This document shows positions 55,408 to 64,000 of a DNA stretch of 64,000 nt, piece by piece. The DNA is from Naegleria gruberi (Eukaryota): assembly GCA_000004985.1 (NCBI GenBank), contig GG738884.1, one strand, 5' to 3'. The number at the start of each line of letters is the position of its first letter. The stretch's first letter is position 1. The notes beneath the pieces are model-generated. The model was not told where the DNA came from. It did not search any database and saw only the letters and a program-made list of their open reading frames with translations. A program made the position numbers and the translations under genes.

Positions 55408-56382
55408 TTAAATGGTATTGAATAACAACCCAAATAATTTTAAAATAATTAGTAATATTAATAGTACATTATTGATTTTCAATTTGGAGGAATTACTAGC
55501 AAGTTTATCCTGATTAATTCTCGAATTTTCAAAAATCCAATCTTTATAATTGTAAACTTTTGTAAAGACACTCCTTTTCCAAATCTTTCCACAACTATTG
55601 GTTGGACCAAAACTTGTCACACCAATTAATGATTTGTCGTTGCAAGTGTTTCCAAGTTGAATTAATGGGCCACCAGAATCACCTTGACTTTGAATTTTAA
55701 AATAGTTCTGAAATGATACAACATCAAAAACCTACCATGATGAATGACCATTACCCTTTCCAACACACCATTGATCTCTTTGCTCATTGAGCTCTAACCC
55801 CATTGAAGTACAGTCACTGATATTTGTAATATATGTAGGAGTTTCATGCAGTATTCTTTCATCATTGATTGTATCATATTCATTAGTGAATCCCCATCCA
55901 GCTATCATCAAACGAGATGTATTAGACCATGGTTGATTATAGTCTGATATCACTATAGAAAGATTAAGCATTGGAGTTTTAGTGTAGATAATTGCAAGGT
56001 CATTGATCATTTTAAAAGGAGAATATTCTGGGTGAACGATAATACGGTCAATTTCAATATTTTCACATTTGTTGTTTGTTAATTTTTGAAATTGATCCTG
56101 GCAATTTGAAAGATTCGTTTCGCCCAATACGATGGCAGTATTATCAATGTCGATTGGCGTTGTAAGGGCATCCCCTTTAAAACAACAGTGTGCTGCTGTT
56201 AGCACGTGATAATCCGAAATAATGGTTCCTGCACAGTAATGCATTCCATTCTTTTGAAGGGATACCAAAAAAGGATAATTACTTTTATCAGCCACAGTTC
56301 CTCCCATAATATTATTCGATTGATACGAAAAACACACCAAACACAACATCACAAAGCAAATCCACACAATCAATTGAGACAT
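55408..56382 (-). CDS. secreted trypsin-like (S1) serine protease, two exons
   Basis: Exons 56382..55736 and 55687..55408. The intron 55735..55688 (48 nt) runs GTAGGT...TTCAAAG (phase 2) and rebuilds ...GNGHSCQGDSGGPL. It has a signal peptide MSQLIVWICFVMLCLVCFS and the catalytic triad contexts TAAHC, NDLAII and GDSGGP. Confidence 0.75.
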
Positions 56383-56425
56383 TTTTTCAATACATGAATT
56401 GTTGCTCCAAATTTCATTTAAAAGT

Positions 56426-57431
56426 TTAATGTTGGTTGAGTACTTTATTGGAACGCCTAGTTAAACAACAAATTGTTCCACAAGTTGCACAGAACATTAT
56501 GGTTAATATTGGTAAAAAGGTACCAAAGAATGCACCAAATAATGCACTACTTCTTGGTTGGAAAACAACTGCTGGTTTGCAATAGTCATTGATTTCGGCC
56601 ATGACTGGAAAATGAACTTGTACCTTATATTCTGTTCCTGGATCAATACTTGAAGCATAGAAAATAACACCATCATCAGATTTTGTTTTTGAAGTTGGAT
56701 TTGCCACATATTGAGAAGATGTTGTATTCATATTATCAAAGATTACCGTACATTTGAAGGTCTTGACTTTGGCAATGGTATCACTGAAAGAGTATCTTAT
56801 TAGAGATTTCTTTCGAATAGTTTCAATATGAAATTTCACAACCACTAAAAACTTACATTTTTAGTTTCATCATAAAAGAGTAGCCCTGTAGCATAGTATT
56901 CATGTGAGAGTGTGAGTCTTGTAGCTCTAGATGTGGTTTCTCTAATGTCACTATGAAGCTTGAAACCAATAAATGGATCATCCTCTTTTGGGCTTATCCA
57001 TGTCACTTCCGATGAATAGAAACCTCCACCACTCAACATTTGTGGATCATAATTATCAATACCCACAACTAGGGAAAAGGGAATATATCTATCAATGGTC
57101 TTTGTTCCGACAGGTAGAGTATATGTGACAGCCTTATTATTTCAACAAATACATTGTTATGAACAAAATGAATGAAACTCACCTCAACAACCTTAGTCTT
57201 ATAACATCCCATTGAGTAGGTTGAGGGATCCAAGCTAACATATATTATCGTATCTACGTATTCAATTGTATAGGGAGCGGCTAATCCCTTTTCAATAATT
57301 CCCAACAATGAAACCATCATCGTCATCATTAATATTATCGTAAATTTCCAATAATAATTATACAATCCTCTCAGACGAGTTTTCCTCGATGAACAACTCT
57401 TGTTATTACTATTGATGATATTAGCCATCAT
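56426..57431 (-). CDS. hypothetical membrane protein with N- and C-terminal hydrophobic anchors; at least three exons, the 5' junction unresolved
   Basis: Three minus-strand ORFs are 57431..57069, 57066..56845 and 56845..56426. The last intron is well supported: GTAAGT donor at 56856 and an acceptor AAAG at about 56810, joining ...YDETKN|KSLIRYSF... A GTGAGT donor at about 57178 and a TTTTCCCTAG acceptor at about 57069 exist but leave a one-nucleotide frame conflict. Confidence 0.4.
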
Positions 57432-58132
57432 GATGAGTTATGTAACCGTTGGATTTGAGTCAATTTTTTTCAAGGTAATTGAAATGAACCTTAAACGAAC
57501 TTTGCCGCCAAAAGTATCAATATTTTATAACAAAAGAATACAAGGAATTGATTATGAAAAATCATTCGAATAAGCAAATTATGAATCGAAGAACAGGTCA
57601 ACCCAAGTGAAAGGCCAAGATTATATGAACTGCTAATGGAATTACTCAATCAGTTATTATGAATAATGATAATGCATTCGAATATTAAATCACTGCTGCA
57701 GTATCCTTTTGATGAGAAAACATATCAGAACCAATCACTGAACTGTTTGAATTAAACTCATCTTTCAATGTTTAGAAAATATTCAATCACATTCGTTGTT
57801 CTCCACACTTTAAGATATTGAGAGGACGTTAAATAATAAACGAAGGTTTACAATATACAGCAGCCTTAAATATCAACAAACCCAATTCCCTAAAACGACT
57901 TCTGATTTTTGATCTTTGTTTCATTTCACTTATGTATTTGGCTCTTCATCATCAATTTGATTGTCATCACAATAAAGTGATGTTAATTGTTTCATTTATA
58001 TTTGCTACACTATTTCGGAATTGAATAACAATTACAAGGTTCAACTTTGAATTTTACTAACCAATAACATTTCCATTGCAATTCAATTGCAAACAATTTC
58101 TAATTTTCAAAACTAAAACTCTAAAAAACAAA

Positions 58133-59551
58133 ATGACAAGAAAAACCAAAGAGGCCCACTCTACACAGAAAAAGAAGAAGATTTCCGAAAAGTCTTACTT
58201 TCAACCTTTAACACAAACTGGCACTGGTCTTCACTTGGACAGTTGGCCAAATAATTTGTGGGAAAAGTTGAATCCAGATTATACCTATGATCCATTAGAT
58301 AGATTCCGACCATTTCAATCCATGTTGTGTCTATAGGATGGTCATGAACATCCGTATAAAGAGGAAGGTGGGTTAGAGCTGATTCCTGGCTTTGCTTCAA
58401 TAGCAACCGAATATTTCAAAGCGACTGATGTTAAATTTAGAGATGGTCAATTGATGAGAGAGAAGAATCCGTGGGTTAGTCCCTATCATGTCAAATTTAC
58501 ATTGGATGAAGATAAACCATTGCTTGGACTCATTAGAAAGATAAAGAGAGTTCCAGTGGATTGGAATTTAAAAGAAAATTTAGAACCTCAAATTTCAGCA
58601 AATTCAGATGCTGTAGATCAATATTTGGAATATTTAACAAACATTGTAAAGGAGCATGATGAAATTCCATATTTTCCAATTCAAAAGGGTGATTTTGTAT
58701 TTTTTGATGTTAGAAGTCCTCATCAAAATTCAAACTCTAATCGGTTGACTCATCCAAGATGTGTATTTTATCATGCCTACTCTATGACTCATGATATCAA
58801 TAGAGATACCATCGAGGCACTCAGGGAAAAGAGAAAAACCTTTGAACATCCTGATGATTTCAGTTCAAGTTTCAAAATGGAACAACAGTCAATGGATCCT
58901 CAAAATCCAAATCATTTAATTCCACTTACCACTCTTGGAGAATGTCTTTACAATGAGAAAAGCTATGAGGAAACAATATTTTCGGAACAAATTGAGGAAA
59001 AAGATGAGAATGGTCAAGTAAGAAATTTGACACGTTTTGAGAAAATCTATGAGCAACATTCTCACATGCTTACCAAACGTCATTTGGACTTTTTCCACAG
59101 ATACGGATATGTTGTGGTAGAAAATGTAATTAATGAACAAGTTTGTAATCAATTATTGAAAGAATTGGGAGAATTTTCAGAAAAATCAAATTGTCCACTT
59201 CCTGTTGACACCATTATTAACAAGACTGGAAAGTATGAAAAGATGAATGTTTCCAAAGGAGAATTTAGAAATATTTCAAATCCTTTTGGTGCCATGATTG
59301 AGTTCTATCACTTACCTACACAACAAAAATTAAGAATGGATGAAATTCTCTATGTTTGTACAGTTAAAATGCTTTCGAATACTTGGTGTAGCAATTTAAA
59401 TATTTCACAGGAATTGCAACAGTCAGATTCGATACCAGGTCAATCCATACCTCATTGGAAATATCAATGTCCAATAGAAGCTCAATTGGATCCTAGAAAA
59501 TTGTGGCTCTACGTGGATAGAATGAACTTTAGACTTCCAGACAAAAAATAA
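58133..59551 (+). CDS. hypothetical protein (possibly a dioxygenase-like fold) whose reading frame is broken by a single in-frame TAG at 58334-58336
   Basis: ATG at 58133 opens MTRKTKEAHS...RFRPFQSMLCL. TAG follows at 58334-58336. The same frame then continues DGHEHPYKEEGGLELIPGF...MREKNPW... for 405 codons to the TAA at 59549-59551. The ORF-track entries 58076 and 58451 are both congruent to 2 mod 3. Confidence 0.45.
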
Positions 59552-59606
59552 AACCATTTTTGAGATAGGTTAACAATTGATTAAGGTCATTTTATTAATA
59601 ATGTAA

Positions 59607-59679
59607 GGGGATGTAGCTCACATGGTAGAGCGCTTCTTTAGCATGGAAGAGGTACGGGGATCGATACCCCGCATCTCCA
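59607..59679 (+). tRNA. tRNA-Ala, anticodon AGC
   Basis: A 73-nt cloverleaf folds by hand. The acceptor stem is GGGGATG/CATCTCC with the G3:U70 alanine identity pair. The D-stem is GCTC/GAGC. The anticodon stem is CTTCT/GGAAG with loop TTAGCAT (U33, AGC, A37). The T-stem is CGGGG/CCCCG. The discriminator is A73. No intron. Confidence 0.85.
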
Positions 59680-59764
59680 ACTTCCTTTTTATTTTCCCTT
59701 CCCGACTTTTCTTGATACTATTTATTTTAGCGTCAACTTTATTACAGTTTTAAAAACGAAAAAA

Positions 59765-60127
59765 TTACCTCACCTCAAAACGACCATTTGGAGTCTTTTC
59801 GCTAGTTGAGAGACTTTTAAATTTTCTAATGATTTCCTTCTCGTGATGATCCCGAACAGATTTTTCAAATTGTTTAAGACATTCCATGGCAGTGCTATCC
59901 TTATGTAGAGTTGCTTGATTCTTATGTGCGATTCTTTGATTGGATTTAATATCTTGATGATGAAAAGGTTGGGAAATAACGTGATGGTCATTCTCGGAAG
60001 AAGTTGATCCCTCTTTGGAGGCTCGTATGTGGAGAAATGATGAAACCACTCTTTCAGTATTTCTCTCTTCTGTATAATGAGTGAAACGCGACAATACTTG
60101 TATGGATGATGTTGTGTTATGAGACAT
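59765..60127 (-). CDS. hypothetical small His-rich protein (120 aa)
   Basis: ATG at 60127. A possible 3' donor GTGAGG lies at the ORF end. No recognised domain. Confidence 0.3.
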   Translation of the reverse strand: MSHNTTSSIQVLSRFTHYTEERNTERVVSSFLHIRASKEGSTSSENDHHVISQPFHHQDIKSNQRIAHKNQATLHKDSTAMECLKQFEKSVRDHHEKEIIRKFKSLSTSEKTPNGRFEVR

Positions 60128-60176
60128 TTTTTTGGTTTATGATTTACTGACTTTCGAATACAACAATAGGAATAGT

Positions 60177-61289
60177 TTATTGTTTGGCACTACATCTTGC
60201 GCCAACTACAAGATTATTACCAAGCTGAACCCAATCAATCTTGCCAATAATTTTTGCTGGTAACGGTTTTCCGTTTAGTAATTGTTCAAACTTTGCCTTA
60301 TTGGTATCTCTAAGACAGACCTTATCTTTTCCTTTGTAATCACCAGTTGTCTTCAAAACATAGAGATCGTTTTTTTGATCGTATCTGAAAATTCCACTCT
60401 TTCCAATCAGATCATTCTCATTGTTGAGTTTGGATAGGTCAATATTCTTATCTTTGGCTGCAGAAGAAGTTGTATTGCTTGATGCCTTATTGGATTTGTC
60501 ATTCTTTGATGATTTTTGGGAGGAGTTATCATCAGTTTTATCTGATCTAAAGACACTTAATAGCTTCTCCAAAAACGAAGGATCTTTTTTTGTGCAAATT
60601 TCCTCAACCTTTTCACTGTAGGCTTTATAGATGGCATGTTTTTGAGAATATTTGACCCAGATAGGATGGTTTTCTTTGGACAACTTGTCAACAATTTTCT
60701 TCACCTTTTTTGAATCAGATCCGTGTTCATTCATTAGAACAGTAATTCTTTCTAAATCCAAACCAACATACAAGTAATAGAGAACATAAGTCCTGTCCTT
60801 CTTTGCCAAAATAGTTAGAGACTTGAAGGTTTCTGGATCAATGTGCTCATTAACGCATTTGTCAAATGAAACAAGGTTGGTTTTTTTGGATTCGAGAAAA
60901 TTTGTAATTCCTTCCTTTCTCAACTTTTTGGATTCTCTCTCAAGTTTCATCTTGATCAGTTGTTTTTCTAGTTGGTATCTGTCTGCAGCTTTTTCATTCT
61001 TTCCACCATTCCTATTTCCTCCAACACTTGAACTTGGTCTGTTGACTTGGCTGCCTTCGTTGCGATAACCAGAGAATCCATTACCACCTTGTTTTTGGTA
61101 GACGAATGTTTGAGAAGATGGTGCAGATGTTGTGGAATTCACTCTTCTGCTTTCAACAACAAGATCGAGAGCATCCTTTGCTTCAGCAATTGAAATGCCG
61201 AATCTTTGACCCACTTTCAAGATGAGTACATCTTTTGTATCGCCACTGTTGCTTTGGATGAAATTGATAATTTCTTGATTAGAATTCAT
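60177..61289 (-). CDS. hypothetical protein (about 370 aa) with a K/S-rich middle region
   Basis: ORF 60177..61415; the first ATG is at 61289 (MNSNQEIINFIQ...). No confident domain call. Confidence 0.4.
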   Translation of the reverse strand: MNSNQEIINFIQSNSGDTKDVLILKVGQRFGISIAEAKDALDLVVESRRVNSTTSAPSSQTFVYQKQGGNGFSGYRNEGSQVNRPSSSVGGNRNGGKNEKAADRYQLEKQLIKMKLERESKKLRKEGITNFLESKKTNLVSFDKCVNEHIDPETFKSLTILAKKDRTYVLYYLYVGLDLERITVLMNEHGSDSKKVKKIVDKLSKENHPIWVKYSQKHAIYKAYSEKVEEICTKKDPSFLEKLLSVFRSDKTDDNSSQKSSKNDKSNKASSNTTSSAAKDKNIDLSKLNNENDLIGKSGIFRYDQKNDLYVLKTTGDYKGKDKVCLRDTNKAKFEQLLNGKPLPAKIIGKIDWVQLGNNLVVGARCSAKQ

Positions 61290-61445
61290 GATCGATTTAC
61301 GTATTTTTTTTAAGAATAGTTGGCGAAGTGACAAGTTAAAAGAAACGTGAAAAGGACAAACAATTCCTTGTTGTAAAATCAACGGAATTGAATGCTTTAT
61401 TTTTGTACTTTTCACGTTTTAGACGGAATGGTATGACTCACTGCT

Positions 61446-62711
61446 ATGATCAATATCAAAGAAAAAATGTTAACACTTGACAATCACCTTGCCAATATCA
61501 TCAATAATTACATTTTACTTGCCAAAGTCAACAAACAACAAGCATTTGACGACTTGGTAAAGGACGAACAAACATTGAACTTCCTCGCCAACAGATTTGG
61601 ATCTGTAGAATTACAGAATGCCCTGGCCCAGCTCGATCAAGATTGTAATAATGAGTCAAATCTCTCTCTTAGCCAATCATTGAAGCATGGAAAGGAACCA
61701 GTCAATTCAACATCCACTTTTGAAAAAAACTTAAAACACTCTCTCAAATCATTTGAAGACAGCGACAGTGATGACGACGATAAAAGTGGCTGGGAAGAAA
61801 CTCAAGCTCTTTATGAAGAATTGTGGAAGAGAAAGAGGCAGACAGAAGAACAGTCCATTAAAGAATCACACCAAAAGAAGGAAAAGAAATCCAATGTTGT
61901 GCCAATTTGTCAAGATTACAGGGTTGGATTTTGCAGATATGAAAATATTGCACACATTGGCAAATGTAAATTTAGACATGAGGGAAAACGACCAACTAAT
62001 TTCGCTTTTACTCTAACGCCAGCTACACCTTCTGAAGACCAAACATGGAGAACCAAATTCGTTCAAGCTTTTGAAGGGGGAAATGTTACTGTCACTTCAA
62101 TTCAAAAGATTGAAAATAAGACTTTGGAGACAATGTACAAATTGAAAAGTGAAGAAATAAGAAACAGAAGAAAGATTGAAGAAATCTCAAACTTTGAACC
62201 TTACCTCTACCATGGAACTACAGAACAAGCTTTAAATTCTATCATGACATATGGAATTAACATACCATCTGATTACAAAGCAGATCCTACGTGTCCAGTG
62301 AGTGGAAAGTTGCCAATCTCCATTTGTAAAAATGATTGTAAACTTTGCACACAAGCAAGACATTGCTGGGGAAATTGTCACATGTATGGATTGGGTGCTT
62401 ATTTTGCTGATAAGAGTGTAAAGAGTGATCGTTACGTATATGATACAAATGGAGCCAAAGATCATAAAACGGGAAGAAAGATGCTTGTTTGTAAACTATT
62501 TCCAGGAAAGGTTAAAACAATTGATACACATCTAAACAAACAAGATCAACACCATGATGACATTCTCCCTCCTTCTGGTTATGACAGTGTATTTGCTAAA
62601 GGATTGGGATCAAATGCAAAGGTTGGATTTAGTGTAATCAATTCAGAATTCATTATTTTTCATCCATATCAATGTCTTCCACTCTATCTCATTACTTATA
62701 ATAAAGCTTAA
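61446..62711 (+). CDS. PARP-family ADP-ribosyltransferase with an N-terminal CCCH-type zinc finger (PARP12/TiPARP-like architecture)
   Basis: ATG at 61446. The CCCH finger is PICQDYRVGFCRYENIAHIGKCKFRHE. The PARP catalytic motifs are YHGT (H-G-S/T), YGLGAYFAD (Y-G-x-G-x-YFA), and EFIIFHPYQCLPLYLI (Y-x-x-Y-L-I region). Confidence 0.7.
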   Translation: MINIKEKMLTLDNHLANIINNYILLAKVNKQQAFDDLVKDEQTLNFLANRFGSVELQNALAQLDQDCNNESNLSLSQSLKHGKEPVNSTSTFEKNLKHSLKSFEDSDSDDDDKSGWEETQALYEELWKRKRQTEEQSIKESHQKKEKKSNVVPICQDYRVGFCRYENIAHIGKCKFRHEGKRPTNFAFTLTPATPSEDQTWRTKFVQAFEGGNVTVTSIQKIENKTLETMYKLKSEEIRNRRKIEEISNFEPYLYHGTTEQALNSIMTYGINIPSDYKADPTCPVSGKLPISICKNDCKLCTQARHCWGNCHMYGLGAYFADKSVKSDRYVYDTNGAKDHKTGRKMLVCKLFPGKVKTIDTHLNKQDQHHDDILPPSGYDSVFAKGLGSNAKVGFSVINSEFIIFHPYQCLPLYLITYNKA

Positions 62712-62712
62712 T

Positions 62713-63613
62713 TTATTTCAATTCTTCCCAGTTGCCAATCGATAATCTAATCATTTTACTTCCTTTTGGCATTCCAAGTTTAATACTGGCATCAACAATT
62801 CCAGTTTTTTGGACAATTCCAGAAATTCTATTTGGCAGAACAGATCCATTTCTTTCCGATTTGATAACATTGAAATTTTCCAAATCAAGACAAGCTCTTC
62901 CTCCAACCTGATTATCATATTGACCAATACAGTCAAGTAGATAGCCATATCTCTTGTACAAGGTGAACCAACTCTCTTCCAACTAAATCTTCAATCGAAT
63001 TTAAAGAGCTCAAATCTATACTTGGGAAGGAAAAGATTTTCTTTGGATTGTGATTGCTAGTACTGCTACTCTTGTTGGATCCTTCTCCTCTATTGGATGG
63101 TTTCTTCATAGTAATAGCATTGGGTCTAGTGCTCTCTGATAAAGGAGCCTTCGAAGATTTGTTGGCAGACATTGATCCAAATGAGCCTAAACCACCTCCG
63201 TTGGAAAACAAAGCTGCCTTCTCGATATGAGAATCCAAGCAATCTTTCAACAAACATTGTTCCTTCCATTGTTTGTAAATGTCATTGTCTTCAATGAGTG
63301 AAATGTAATGTAACAAATTCTCTCTAATGACATATTTCTTTTTCAATGAGTGAGAGAAGTAGTCATTAATCATGGTGAAAGAATAGCTTGCTTTCATCAA
63401 CATTAGAATTTCAAGAAGTATAATGTTGAAAGAAGGCCCGGAAGGGTTTTCGTCAAGAACGGTTTCTAATTCGTTAATTGTTAATTGTTCGTATGAATTT
63501 TTGAAACCATTCGAAAGTACACTATTAGCAATGTTGGAAACAATCACGCAGTGATCATCTCTTTTGGTGTTGTTGAATTCCCGTTTCGTGAGATCAAAGA
63601 ACAAGCTGGACAT
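62713..63613 (-). CDS. hypothetical protein encoded by two overlapping-frame ORFs (63613..62933 and 62982..62713); junction unresolved
   Basis: ATG at 63613. The second ORF is offset by +1. The only frame-compatible splice is a 31-nt interval 62983..62953 (GTTGGA...TACAAG), which has weak signals. Confidence 0.35.
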
Positions 63614-63660
63614 TTTTTTTAATAAAAGAATTATTTCGAAAGTGACTCACTCATCACGTT

Positions 63661-64000
63661 TTATTGATTGGTATTCATTTCTACGTCAAACATTTCGTCT
63701 AAAGCAACTTTATCAATTTGATTTTTAAACAAGGTTTCAATGTCTTTGTTACCTTTGAAAAATTGATAAGCACCCTCAAGCATTTGTAAAGTTGATTCGT
63801 CGTGAACTTTCTTCCAACTCATTAAGTAATTTCTCAAGTTTTCTCTGCTAAAGTTATTAATAATGAATGTAATATCGTAAACTGGAAGAGGTCCTGTGCT
63901 TACACTGTTTTTGGCACTTTGTGAGTTTTCAGTTTTGGCTTGATTCGATTCGGATATTTCATTATTTGAATTTTCCAGTTTAGAATCAGTTGATCGTGTT
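63661..64000 (-). CDS. 3' end of a minus-strand gene (the 5' part lies beyond the window); hypothetical
   Basis: An open frame runs in from the window edge and ends ...VALDEMFDVEMNTNQ with a TAA whose reverse complement is at 63661-63663. Confidence 0.35.
   Translation of the reverse strand, partial: TRSTDSKLENSNNEISESNQAKTENSQSAKNSVSTGPLPVYDITFIINNFSRENLRNYLMSWKKVHDESTLQMLEGAYQFFKGNKDIETLFKNQIDKVALDEMFDVEMNTNQ

Noticed and set aside
58334-58336. The in-frame TAG read as a recoded codon (selenocysteine or pyrrolysine).
   Set aside because: Selenocysteine uses TGA with a SECIS element. Pyrrolysine (TAG) is not known in eukaryotes. An error, a pseudogene or read-through are more plausible.
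58161-58406. Minus-strand ORF of 81 aa spanning the in-frame TAG region.
   Set aside because: It is antisense to the long plus-strand frame and does not explain the stop codon. It has no features of a separate gene.
1-64000. Prokaryotic features: operons, Shine-Dalgarno-led gene strings, CRISPR arrays, phage or defence islands.
   Set aside because: The window has spliceosomal introns with GTAAGT donors. Genes are single, on alternating strands, with AT-rich spacers. Domain content is eukaryotic (TFIIH XPB, SNF2, copine, F-box, DCN1, PARP, kinase, RhoGAP). I saw no direct-repeat and spacer arrays.

Overview
This 64 kb window is eukaryotic nuclear DNA, not prokaryotic. It is AT-rich (roughly 65% AT by eye) and gene-dense. 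I can support about 45 protein-coding genes on both strands plus one tRNA. Many genes carry short spliceosomal introns of about 31-120 nt. The donors I see are GTAAGT, GTATGT, GTAGGT and GTACGT; many acceptors are AAG rather than YAG. The ORF track shows TTG/GTG starts as M, so several listed ORFs are internal exon fragments. I joined them by hand by finding splice signals and checking that frames continue.

Recognisable products include ERCC3/XPB helicase, a HELLS/DDM1-like SNF2 ATPase, MECR, copine, a C2-RhoGAP, GCLM, a DCN1-like protein, a YjbQ-family protein, an MPPED-like phosphoesterase, a secreted trypsin-like protease, a CCCH-zinc-finger PARP, an RWP-RK transcription factor, a protein kinase, a Ras-like GTPase ending in a CAAX box, at least four F-box-like proteins and tRNA-Ala(AGC).

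The features most worth a second look are:
- two tandem BLUF-adenylyl-cyclase (photoactivated cyclase) paralogs, one with two introns and one intronless;
- a long ORF interrupted by a single in-frame TAG;
- a large EGF-repeat surface protein ending in a GPS autoproteolysis motif;
- two tandem single-exon paralogs that resemble a segment at the base of the dynein heavy chain stalk;
- a BTB-BACK protein fused to an ALK-type glycine-rich region, spliced through 31-52 nt introns.

The composition, Q/N/S-rich low-complexity coding, intron style and BLUF-cyclase genes suggest a heterolobosean amoeboflagellate such as Naegleria. That is inference, not demonstrated.

I found no CRISPR array, operon, rRNA or clear transposable element. 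All coordinates come from hand splicing of the displayed sequence and may be off by a few nucleotides.
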